DNA of 64,000 nucleotides. Source: Gammaproteobacteria bacterium. GTDB lineage: Bacteria; Pseudomonadota; Gammaproteobacteria; Natronospirales; JAJUFS01. Made by a program: the position numbers and the translations under genes. Where the stretch lies: assembly GCA_029263725.1 (NCBI GenBank), contig JAJUFS010000002.1:785-64784 (forward strand), given 5' to 3'. Numbering within the stretch: position 1 is the first letter of the stretch; every line of letters begins with the position of its first letter. The notes under the pieces are model-generated. The model was not told where the DNA came from. It saw only the letters and a program-made list of their open reading frames with translations, and ran no database searches. Below, piece after piece: positions 12,019 to 19,861 of the stretch.

Positions 12019-13007
12019 TGCGCGCACTGCTGGACAGGCTGTTCCCGGCGCGCGCGATGAGGGAAATCGGCGTGCTTGGCATGAACGGGCGCAACATCAA
12101 TTACATCAGCCGCTACAACTCGCGGCAGCTGTATCCGCTGGTCGATGACAAGCTGAAGACCAAGCAGCTCGCGCTGGAACATGGCGTGACCACGCCGGAG
12201 CTGATCGGCGTGATCTCGGCGCAGCACGACGTGCGCCGCATCGCCGAGCTGGTGAAGGGCCATGACGGCTTCTGCATCAAGCCCGCCAAGGGTTCGGGCG
12301 GCAAGGGCATCCTGGTGGTGGCGCGCGTCGAGGACGGGCGCTTCTTCCGCACCAATGGCACCGAGATCCCGCTCATCGACCTGCAACGGCATCTTTCCAA
12401 CGTGCTCGCCGGCCTGTTCTCGCTGGGCGGCGCGCCGGATGTCGCCATCATCGAGGCGCTCATCCGTCCCGACGAGGTGTTCCGCGACTATTCCTACGCC
12501 GGCGTGCCGGACATCCGCGTGGTGGTTTTCCAGGGCGTGCCGGTGATGGCCATGGTACGGCTGTCCTGCGCGGCCTCGAACGGCAAGGCCAACCTCCACC
12601 AGGGCGCGGTCGGCGTCGGGCTCGCCATGGACACCGGCCGCGCGGTCTGCGCCGTGCAGCGCAACCGGCCCGTATTCATCCATCCCGATACCGGACATCC
12701 GCTGGACGGCCTCGTCATCCCGCACTGGCATGCGCTGCTGGAACTGTCGTGTGCGTGTGCGGACATGACCGGACTGGGCTATCTTGGCGTGGACCTGGTG
12801 ATGGACCGCGAGCGCGGCCCCATGCTGCTGGAACTGAACGCCCGCCCCGGGCTCGCCATCCAGATGGCGAACGGCACGGGGCTGCTGCCGCGGCTGCGGC
12901 GGGTGGAAGCCGAGCCGCGCATCGTCAAGGCCGGCGTGCGCGAGCGAGCCGCCTTCGCGGCCCGGCATTTCGGCACGCGTCCTGCCGCCATCGCCGCGGT
13001 CGCCTGA
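12018..13007 (+). CDS. alpha-L-glutamate ligase-like (RimK-related) ATP-grasp protein
   Basis: MRALLDRLF...GMNGRNINYISRYN, CIKPAKGSGGKGILVV and LLELNARPGLAIQ are ATP-grasp/RimK-like signatures. ATG 12018 shares one base with the upstream TGA. The long N-terminal part of the 880-aa ORF-track call lies in another gene's space. Confidence 0.85.
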   Translation: MRALLDRLFPARAMREIGVLGMNGRNINYISRYNSRQLYPLVDDKLKTKQLALEHGVTTPELIGVISAQHDVRRIAELVKGHDGFCIKPAKGSGGKGILVVARVEDGRFFRTNGTEIPLIDLQRHLSNVLAGLFSLGGAPDVAIIEALIRPDEVFRDYSYAGVPDIRVVVFQGVPVMAMVRLSCAASNGKANLHQGAVGVGLAMDTGRAVCAVQRNRPVFIHPDTGHPLDGLVIPHWHALLELSCACADMTGLGYLGVDLVMDRERGPMLLELNARPGLAIQMANGTGLLPRLRRVEAEPRIVKAGVRERAAFAARHFGTRPAAIAAVA

Positions 13008-13028
13008 ATTCCAACGGGAGTGACAGCC

Positions 13029-13376
13029 ATGAAATACAAGGGAAGCTGCCATTGCGGCCGCGTCGCCTTCGAGGTCGAGGGCGAGATCGGCACGGTGATC
13101 GACTGCAACTGCTCGATGTGCCAGCGCAAGGGCGCGCTGCTGTGGTTCGTGCCGCGCGCCGATCTCAGGCTCACCACGCCGGAAGAGAACAGCCGCGCGT
13201 ACACCTTCAACACCCACACCATCAAGCATCGCTTCTGCCCCGAGTGCGGCATCCATCCCTATGGCGAGGGCGCGGACCCGCAGGGCAACGAAACTGCCGC
13301 CATCAACGTGCGCTGCCTGGAAGGCGTCGACATCGGCTCGCTGAGCGTGCATCACTACGACGGCCGCTCGCACTGA
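13029..13376 (+). CDS. GFA family (glutathione-dependent formaldehyde-activating/CENP-V-like) Zn-Cys protein
   Basis: MKYKGSCHCGRVAFEV...CNCSMCQRKG...RFCPECG is the characteristic Cys pattern. A GGGAG RBS lies 8 nt upstream of ATG 13029. Confidence 0.88.
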   Translation: MKYKGSCHCGRVAFEVEGEIGTVIDCNCSMCQRKGALLWFVPRADLRLTTPEENSRAYTFNTHTIKHRFCPECGIHPYGEGADPQGNETAAINVRCLEGVDIGSLSVHHYDGRSH

Positions 13377-13492
13377 CGACTGGGCGTTTCCGCTTGCTTG
13401 CCCGGGTGGCGTTCCGCCTCCATTGACACCTCCTGAGGAGGTGCACCGATGGCAAGCGGAACGCCGCGCATGAAGCGCGGCCATGCGTCGCA

Positions 13493-14983
13493 ATGACGGG
13501 CAGGCGCAGGGGACTCAACGCGGTCTTCTGGGACGGCCTGTTCGCGCAGGCGATGGACACGCTCACCACCGGCGTCATCCTGGTCGGCTTCGCGCTCTAT
13601 CTCGGCGCCACGCCCTGGGTGATCGGCATCCTCGGCGCCATTCCCTTCTTCTCCAACCTGTTCCAGCTGCTGTCGATCTCGCTGGTCGAGCGGCTGCGCG
13701 ACCGGCGCCGCATCGTGGTCACGGCCTCGTTGATCGGCCGCAGCGCGCTGGCTCTGGCGCTGCTCATTCCGTGGATGGCGCCGGAATCCGGACTCGTGCT
13801 GCTGGTGTGCGTGATCTGCGTGCGCTACGTGTTCGGCGCGATTTCCGCCGGCGCCTGGACTTCGCTGATGCGCGATCTCGTGCCGCAGCGCCTGCTGGGC
13901 AGCTACTACGCGACGCGCATGCGCTGGATGACCATCGTCGCCGCCATCCTTGGCGTTGCCGGTGCGCTCATCATCGACTACTGGCAGCGGCAATGGGAGG
14001 AATCGGTGGTGTGGGCCTTCGCCGGCATGTACGGCCTCGGCTTTCTCGCCAGCCTCGGCAGCCTCACCATGCTGCTGCGCCTGCCCGAGGTGCCGCTGCC
14101 GCAGCGCGAGAAGAAGGCCTACTCACAGACGCTGGTGCTCGATGCCTTCATCTCGGCGTGGAATCACGTCAACTTCCGGCGGCTGATGATCTTCATGGCG
14201 TCGTGGAATTTCGCCGCCAATCTCGCCGCGCCGTTCTTCGCGCTGTACATGCTGACAGTGCTCAACTACGACCTGACCTTCGTCATGCTGATCACGCTGT
14301 ACAGCCAGGCCATCACCGCGATGGCGCTGCCGCGCTTCGGCGCCTACACCGACCGCTTCGGCAACAAGCCGGTGCTGGGCTTCGCGGCGACGCTGTTCAT
14401 CCTCTGCCTTGTCGGCTGGTCGTTCACCACCCTGCCCTATCCGCATGACTACACCACGCCGCTGCTGGTGCTGCTGCACACGCTGATGGGCATCGCCACC
14501 GCGGGCATCAATCTCGCCAACAACAACGTCGCCTTCCGGCTCGCGCCGCGCAGCGAGGCGACGTCCTTCCTGGTGGCGAACAGCGTGCTGAGCTCGCTGA
14601 CCGCCGGCATGGCGCCGCTGCTCGGCGGCCTGTTCGCCGACTACTTCGCCTTGCGCCAGCTCGCCGTGGAGATCCGCTGGCTCAGCCCCGAGGGCAACGT
14701 GTTCCTGCAGACGCTGAATCTCACCGGCTGGGATTTCTTCTTCGTGGGCGCGGCGATCGTCGGGCTGTATTCGCTGCACCGGCTGTCGCTGATCGAGGAA
14801 GGCCGCAACGACCGGCGCCGCGCGGTGGCGCGCGAGCTGATGCTGGACACCAGCCGCATGCTGCGCGGGATCGCCACGGTCGCGGGGCTGCGCGACATCG
14901 TGACGACGCCGTTCAACATCGTCTACGCGATGGTGAAGCGCACGCCGCCGCAGCGCCCGCCGCGGCGGCGCAGCTCTCAGTGA
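13493..14983 (+). CDS. MFS transporter
   Basis: This 496-aa polytopic protein shows 12-14 hydrophobic helices and an MFS-like loop pattern. The start ATG overlaps the stop of an 8-codon uORF (see findings). Confidence 0.8.
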   Translation: MTGRRRGLNAVFWDGLFAQAMDTLTTGVILVGFALYLGATPWVIGILGAIPFFSNLFQLLSISLVERLRDRRRIVVTASLIGRSALALALLIPWMAPESGLVLLVCVICVRYVFGAISAGAWTSLMRDLVPQRLLGSYYATRMRWMTIVAAILGVAGALIIDYWQRQWEESVVWAFAGMYGLGFLASLGSLTMLLRLPEVPLPQREKKAYSQTLVLDAFISAWNHVNFRRLMIFMASWNFAANLAAPFFALYMLTVLNYDLTFVMLITLYSQAITAMALPRFGAYTDRFGNKPVLGFAATLFILCLVGWSFTTLPYPHDYTTPLLVLLHTLMGIATAGINLANNNVAFRLAPRSEATSFLVANSVLSSLTAGMAPLLGGLFADYFALRQLAVEIRWLSPEGNVFLQTLNLTGWDFFFVGAAIVGLYSLHRLSLIEEGRNDRRRAVARELMLDTSRMLRGIATVAGLRDIVTTPFNIVYAMVKRTPPQRPPRRRSSQ

Positions 14984-16038
14984 CGCTGGCCGGGCCGCCA
15001 GCGCGGGCGGTGGCCCAGCCGCCAGAAGGTGCGCGCGACGCGCCCGGCGATGTCCGCGAGCGCGTCGGGGTCGGAGTCCAGCGTGGCGCGGGTGTACAGG
15101 CTGCGTTCCGCCACGCCGCTGGAACCGCCGAGGCGATAGCTGCCGCGCTCGTCGAGCTCGTCGCCGGGTCCGTGCAGGTTGCAGTGGCCGGTGTCGTAGG
15201 CGGGCGTGTCGGTAAGCTGCAGGTCGAACAGCGTCTCCTGCATCAGCCGCTCGGCGGTGCGCGGTGCGGCGCGCGCCAGCATGGAGGCAAGTTCCGCCGC
15301 GCCGCCGACCACCACCTCGGAGCGCGGCGTCTCGGCGCAGAACAGGATGGCGTCCGCCGCCACGCGCGGCGAATACAGCGGCGGCGGGTTCCTGGGCTGC
15401 ACCGGCAGGTAGTTCTTCGCATGGCGGCAGAACGGCGTGTCGATGCTGGCCGGCTTGACCAGCGTGACCGAGACCGGCGCTTCCTCGCAGGCGAGTTCCA
15501 TGCGCAGCGCGTCGGTGTAGGCCTTCACCGCGTGCTTGGCGGCACTGTAAATTCCCTGCAGGGGGACGGCGTGGTCGCAGGTGACGCTGCCGATGTTGAT
15601 CAGCGCGCCGCCGTGACGACGCAGGTGCTCGACCGCGACGCGCGAGCCATGCACCACGCCCCAGAAGTCGGTGTCGAACAGCCGCCGCTGGTCCTCGAGG
15701 CTGATCTCGGTGAGCGGACCGTATATGGTGACGCCGGCGTTGTTCACCCAGGTATCGAAATTGCCGAAATGCTCGGCCGCGCGCATGGCGATGCGTTTCA
15801 CGTCCTCTTCCCTGCCGACGTCGGCGGGAACGGCGACGGCATCGCAGCCGCGCGTGGCAAGCTCGGTACGCAGGCGCTCAAGCGCCTCCGCGCCGCGCGC
15901 CGCGAGCACCAGCCGCGCGCCGCGCCGGGCAGCCTCGCGCGCCGTTGCCAGCCCTATGCCGCTGGTCGCACCGGTGATGACGATCACCTGGTCGCGCACC
16001 GGCTTGAGTCGCAGCCTGCCGTTGTAGTCTCGCGCCAT
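14977..16038 (-). CDS. SDR family oxidoreductase
   Basis: It has the TGATSGIG cofactor motif, NNAG and the YSAAK catalytic motif, plus a C-terminal extension of about 100 aa. Confidence 0.9.
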   Translation of the reverse strand: MARDYNGRLRLKPVRDQVIVITGATSGIGLATAREAARRGARLVLAARGAEALERLRTELATRGCDAVAVPADVGREEDVKRIAMRAAEHFGNFDTWVNNAGVTIYGPLTEISLEDQRRLFDTDFWGVVHGSRVAVEHLRRHGGALINIGSVTCDHAVPLQGIYSAAKHAVKAYTDALRMELACEEAPVSVTLVKPASIDTPFCRHAKNYLPVQPRNPPPLYSPRVAADAILFCAETPRSEVVVGGAAELASMLARAAPRTAERLMQETLFDLQLTDTPAYDTGHCNLHGPGDELDERGSYRLGGSSGVAERSLYTRATLDSDPDALADIAGRVARTFWRLGHRPRWRPGQRH

Positions 16039-16154
16039 GTTGCACCTCGCTTTGTGAGCCCCCGATGGTTCGCCGAGGCGCGGGATTGCTGCAAGCAGGC
16101 AAAAGCTTCAAGTGGAATGCCGGGTGTGTGCACGCCGGCAGCAGGAGATCGCTG

Positions 16155-16724
16155 ATGAACCGCAACGACCGGCTGTCCCTTGGCGCGCTCGCCGCAATGC
16201 TGGCCATGCTGCTGCTGGTCAGCGTGCAGGGCCGGGGGCTGATGAGCGCGCTGCTCCTGCTGCTGATGGCGCCGAGTCTCTTCGTCTTCCGCTGGCCGCA
16301 CCGCGTGCCGCGCGCTCATGTCGCAGTGTTCGTGCTGGCGATGGCGCTGACCGCGACGCTCTACACGCTCAACCTCTTCGCCCGCATCAGCTGGCTGGAC
16401 AAGGTCGTGCATCTTTACTGCGGCTTCGCGGTGACGCTGGTGTTCGGGCTGATGCTCTATGACCGCGTGCTCGCCGCGCTGGCGCGCGCGCGCCTGCTGC
16501 TCGCCACCAGCATCTTCTGCGTCGGCGCCACCATCGCGGTGCTGTGGGAAATCGGCGAGTGGATACTGGACCGCTACGTCGCCGGGCGCATCGTGCACGG
16601 CCAGTTCGACACCATGACAGATCTTTCCGCGGGCCTGCTGGGGGCGCTGCTTGCGGCAGGACTGGCGACGCACTCTGTACGCCAGCGTACAGACCAAACC
16701 GGAACCAGGGACTACAGTGAGTAG
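16155..16724 (+). CDS. hypothetical integral membrane protein
   Basis: Five to six hydrophobic helices are visible, and an AGGAG RBS lies 7 nt upstream of ATG 16155. I do not recognise a family with confidence. Confidence 0.6.
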   Translation: MNRNDRLSLGALAAMLAMLLLVSVQGRGLMSALLLLLMAPSLFVFRWPHRVPRAHVAVFVLAMALTATLYTLNLFARISWLDKVVHLYCGFAVTLVFGLMLYDRVLAALARARLLLATSIFCVGATIAVLWEIGEWILDRYVAGRIVHGQFDTMTDLSAGLLGALLAAGLATHSVRQRTDQTGTRDYSE

Positions 16725-16813
16725 TATCCCTCACGTGGGAGTTGCATCAGGAAAAAGCGCAGGAACCACGCCGCTCCGACGGGGAGCAGGCGACCAAAGG
16801 AGCGAGCAGGGAC

Positions 16814-17515
16814 ATGCCCTTTCTTAAATCCCCATCCAACCGCCTGCTGGCTGCCCTGCCGATGGCGGAGCGCACCGATCTGTTCCGCCGCACCGTGCCC
16901 GTGGAGCCTCAGCCCGGCACGGTACTCGTCGACAGCGGCGAGCCCTTCCGGCACGTCTACTTCCCCTGCACCAGCGTGGTCTCGGTGGTGGCCACCGCGG
17001 AAGGCCCGGTGGGCCTGGAGGTCGGGCAGGTCGGCAACGAAGGCATGGTCGGCGTGCCGCTCGCGCTCGGCGTGCCGGTCTCGCCCACCCGCAACGTGGT
17101 CCGCGGCGAAGGCACGGCGCTACGCATCAGCGCCGGGGAATTCAACACGGCGCTGACGGTCAGCCCCGGCCTGCGGCGCCTGCTGCATCGCTACGCGCAC
17201 GTGGTCACCGCGCAGCTCGCCCAGGTCGCCATCTGCGCCCACTTCCATGTGCTGGAATCACGGCTCGCGGCGTGGCTGCTCGCCACCCATGACCGCCTCG
17301 GCCGGGACACCTTCCACTACACCCACGAGATGCTTGCGGAAAGCTTCGGCGTGCGGCGCGCAAGCGTCAGCGAGGCGGCCGCGGCGCTGCAGGCGAAAGG
17401 CCTGATCAGCTACGCTCGCGGCGACATCAGCGTGCTGGACCGCGCGGGGCTGGAACAGGCCGCCTGCGACTGCTATCGAAGCTCGCGGCAGATCTACTCC
17501 AGCATCTTCGCCTGA
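16814..17515 (+). CDS. Crp/Fnr family transcriptional regulator
   Basis: An N-terminal cNMP-binding-like beta-barrel (NRLLAALP..., VYFPCTSVVSVV, GNEGMVG) is followed by a C-terminal HTH (TFHYTHEMLAESFGVRRASVSEAAAALQAKGLI). It is a paralogue of 42211-42966. Confidence 0.85.
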   Translation: MPFLKSPSNRLLAALPMAERTDLFRRTVPVEPQPGTVLVDSGEPFRHVYFPCTSVVSVVATAEGPVGLEVGQVGNEGMVGVPLALGVPVSPTRNVVRGEGTALRISAGEFNTALTVSPGLRRLLHRYAHVVTAQLAQVAICAHFHVLESRLAAWLLATHDRLGRDTFHYTHEMLAESFGVRRASVSEAAAALQAKGLISYARGDISVLDRAGLEQAACDCYRSSRQIYSSIFA

Positions 17516-17526
17516 GCTTCAGGCGT

Positions 17527-17898
17527 TCATGACGATCCCTTCGACAGCTGCACGAAGCTGCGGAAGCCGCCCCAGATCATGCGCTTGCCGCCGAAGGGCA
17601 TGTCCTTCATGTCCATGTCGAGGCGCGGGTCCTCCATGACCTTCTTCATGACTTCATCGCGCTTCTCGCGCGATTCGTAGACCGCGTAGGCGAACACCAC
17701 GACCTCGTCCTCCTTGAGCTTGACGCTCAAGGGGAAGGACGTGACCTCGCCGTCCGGCACGTCGTCCGCCACCGCCTCGACGTATTCCAGCGCGCCGTGC
17801 TCCAGCCAGACCTTGCCGGCCAGGTCCGCCATCTCGCGGTACTTCTCCATGTTTGCCCGCGGAATCGTGCAGACGAATCCGTCAACGTAAACTCCCAT
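17527..17898 (-). CDS. DUF1428 family protein
   Basis: MGVYVDGFV.TIPRANMEKYREMA...FGGKRMIWGGF is typical of the DUF1428 family. Confidence 0.85.
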   Translation of the reverse strand: MGVYVDGFVCTIPRANMEKYREMADLAGKVWLEHGALEYVEAVADDVPDGEVTSFPLSVKLKEDEVVVFAYAVYESREKRDEVMKKVMEDPRLDMDMKDMPFGGKRMIWGGFRSFVQLSKGSS

Positions 17899-17925
17899 GC
17901 ATCCTCCTTCACCCGGTTGGGGCCG

Positions 17926-18342
17926 TCAGAATTTCGACCTGCCGCCGTTGATCAGCCAGCTGACGCCGAAGCGGTCGGTCACCATGCCGAAGCGCTCCAC
18001 CCAGAAGGTTTCCTGCATGGACATGGTCACCTCGCCGCCCGCGGCAAAGGCGTCGAACACCTTCTGCGCGCGTTCGACGTCATCGATGGAAAGCGCGATA
18101 TTGCCGTTGGCCACCCCTTCCGGCCCGCAGGTGCCGGGCATGGTGTCCGAGGCCATCAGCACCGCGCCGTCAACGGCGAGATGTGCGTGCATCACCCGAT
18201 CATGCGAACCGGCGGGCATCTCGTCGCGCATCGGCGAGTCGCCGAAGCTCATGATGTCCGGCACGCCGCCGAGCACCTCGCCGTAGAACTGCATGGCCTC
18301 GCGGCAGTTGCCGTCGAAATTGAGATAGGGATTGATCTGCAT
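17926..18342 (-). CDS. VOC (glyoxalase/bleomycin-resistance fold) family protein, PhnB-like
   Basis: MQINPYLNFDGNCREAMQFY...FGMVTDRFGVSWLIN is the PhnB-like VOC signature. Confidence 0.88.
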   Translation of the reverse strand: MQINPYLNFDGNCREAMQFYGEVLGGVPDIMSFGDSPMRDEMPAGSHDRVMHAHLAVDGAVLMASDTMPGTCGPEGVANGNIALSIDDVERAQKVFDAFAAGGEVTMSMQETFWVERFGMVTDRFGVSWLINGGRSKF

Positions 18343-18352
18343 CGTCGATTCC

Positions 18353-18847
18353 TTACTTGAGTGATTCGACCAGCGCCTCGAGGCGGTCGAAGCCGTCCTT
18401 CCAGCCCTGGATCTCGCCGTGGTCGATCTCCAGCGGCTCGTGCCGCACGGTGACCAGCGTGCTGTCGAAGGCGTGCTGCTCGAAGGTCACCTCGATGCGG
18501 GTCTCGCGCGCGAAGCCTTCGCGCTCGGTGATGTTGCCCGCCTCGTCGGAAAAATAATCCAGCCAGACCAGGCGCTCGGGCGGCGTGATTTCCTGGTAGA
18601 TGCCCTTGCACCACACCGTCTGCCCGCCGGCCTCGGCGACCGCGAAGTGCAGCTCGCCGCCGACACGCAGATCGATGCGGCAATGGGGCACGCTGCCGCC
18701 GGCCGGACCGAACCATTGCCGGAAGTGCTCCGGCTTCGTCCAGGCGTCGAACACCAGCTCGCGCGGAGCGTGAAACACGCGCCTCAGGACCAGCACGCCC
18801 TGCCGGTGTTCCACTTCAGTCGGCATCATCACTGCGTTCATGTTCAT
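18353..18847 (-). CDS. SRPBCC (Aha1/BPI-like, activator of Hsp90 ATPase homologue domain) protein
   Basis: LVLRRVFHAPRELVFDAWTKPEHFRQWFGP... is typical of the family. The start was chosen after the arsR stop (ATG 18847; ATG 18841 is an alternative). Confidence 0.82.
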   Translation of the reverse strand: MNMNAVMMPTEVEHRQGVLVLRRVFHAPRELVFDAWTKPEHFRQWFGPAGGSVPHCRIDLRVGGELHFAVAEAGGQTVWCKGIYQEITPPERLVWLDYFSDEAGNITEREGFARETRIEVTFEQHAFDSTLVTVRHEPLEIDHGEIQGWKDGFDRLEALVESLK

Positions 18848-18858
18848 CTCCTTGCCGC

Positions 18859-19236
18859 TCAACGGCGGGTATTGCGCTTCTTTTTCGTCTTGCGTGGCTG
18901 TTCCGCCTGGATCTTCCTCAGGTAGACGTCCAGGCGATCGAAACTCTCCTCCCACAGGCGCCGGTAGTGCTCGATCCACTGCGCGGCGGCATCCAGGGCC
19001 TGCGGCTCGAGCCGCGCCGGGCGCCGCTGGCCTTCGCGGCCGCGCACGATGAGCCCGGCGCCCTCCAGCACCTTGAGGTGCTTGGAGACCGCCGGCAGGC
19101 TCATGTCGAACGGCTCGGCCAGCTCGTTCACAGTCGCCTCGCCCTCGGCGAGGCGGGCCAGCATGGCGCGCCGCGTGGGATCGGCCAGCGCGGCGAACAC
19201 GAGGTTGAGGCTTTCTTCCTGCGCTGCTGCGTTCAT
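18859..19236 (-). CDS. ArsR/SmtB family transcriptional regulator
   Basis: FAALADPTRRAMLARLAEGEATVNELAEPFDMSLPAVSKHLKVLEGAGLI is the winged-HTH signature. It is the first gene of a four-gene minus-strand operon. Confidence 0.92.
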   Translation of the reverse strand: MNAAAQEESLNLVFAALADPTRRAMLARLAEGEATVNELAEPFDMSLPAVSKHLKVLEGAGLIVRGREGQRRPARLEPQALDAAAQWIEHYRRLWEESFDRLDVYLRKIQAEQPRKTKKKRNTRR

Positions 19237-19242
19237 AACCCT

Positions 19243-19259
19243 TCAGTTAATTAACCTGA
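19243..19259. promoter_or_regulatory. candidate ArsR-type operator (near-palindrome around TTAATTAA)
   Basis: TCAGTTAATTAACCTGA is an AT-rich near-palindrome, 7 nt upstream of the arsR start, in the divergent region shared with the ICMT-MFS genes. This is inference only. Confidence 0.4.
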
Positions 19260-19412
19260 TGGTTGAATAATAGCTCCTGCCGGGAAGACTTCAAGGCCGC
19301 CAGGAAGAAATTTCCTCTCCCGGACTACGACGAACGGGACCGGCCCAATTCGACACACGCTGACCGGAAGACGCGTCTCGCGTATGCTGCGCCGGTTCCA
19401 GGGAGAACCCTC

Positions 19413-19859
19413 ATGCCAAGAATTCCGCCGCTGGCACTCGTGGTCGTCTGCGCGGTCCTGATGGCCGCCGTCGACCGCTTCGTGCCCTTCGAGATCGATT
19501 TCCCCGGCCGCCTGGCGCTCGCGGTACTGCTCGCGGCCGGCGCGCTCGTGTTCGCGGCCCTCGCCGCCCTCACCTTCCGCCGCGCCGGCACCACCGTGGA
19601 CCCGCGCGATCCCGCCAGGGCATCGGCGCTGGTGACCGGCGGGCCGTTCCGGCTCTCGCGCAACCCGATGTATGTCGCCTTCGCCGCCGCGCTGCTGGCG
19701 CTCGCGCTGGCGCTGGGCAATCCGCTGGCACTCGCCTTCGTCGTGCTTTTCATCGCTTGGATGGACCGCGTGCAGATTCCCGCGGAAGAGAAGGCATTGC
19801 GGGCAAACTTCGGCGCGGCCTTCGAGGACTACGCCCGCGGCACGCGGAGGTGGCTGTGA
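19413..19859 (+). CDS. isoprenylcysteine carboxyl methyltransferase (ICMT)/phospholipid methyltransferase family membrane protein
   Basis: It is a four-helix membrane protein with a C-terminal NPMYVA...IPAEEKALRANFGAAFEDY motif. A GGGAGA RBS precedes ATG 19413. Confidence 0.82.
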   Translation: MPRIPPLALVVVCAVLMAAVDRFVPFEIDFPGRLALAVLLAAGALVFAALAALTFRRAGTTVDPRDPARASALVTGGPFRLSRNPMYVAFAAALLALALALGNPLALAFVVLFIAWMDRVQIPAEEKALRANFGAAFEDYARGTRRWL

Positions 19860-19861
19860 AC

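Noticed and set aside
10365-13007. An 880-aa ORF that would fuse a huge Pro/Arg/Gly-rich N-terminus to the ATP-grasp ligase.
   Set aside because: The first 550 codons or so overlap the transglutaminase/7TM gene in another frame and have no domain content. The RimK-like homology starts at MRALLDRLF (ATG 12018), which is coupled to the upstream stop.
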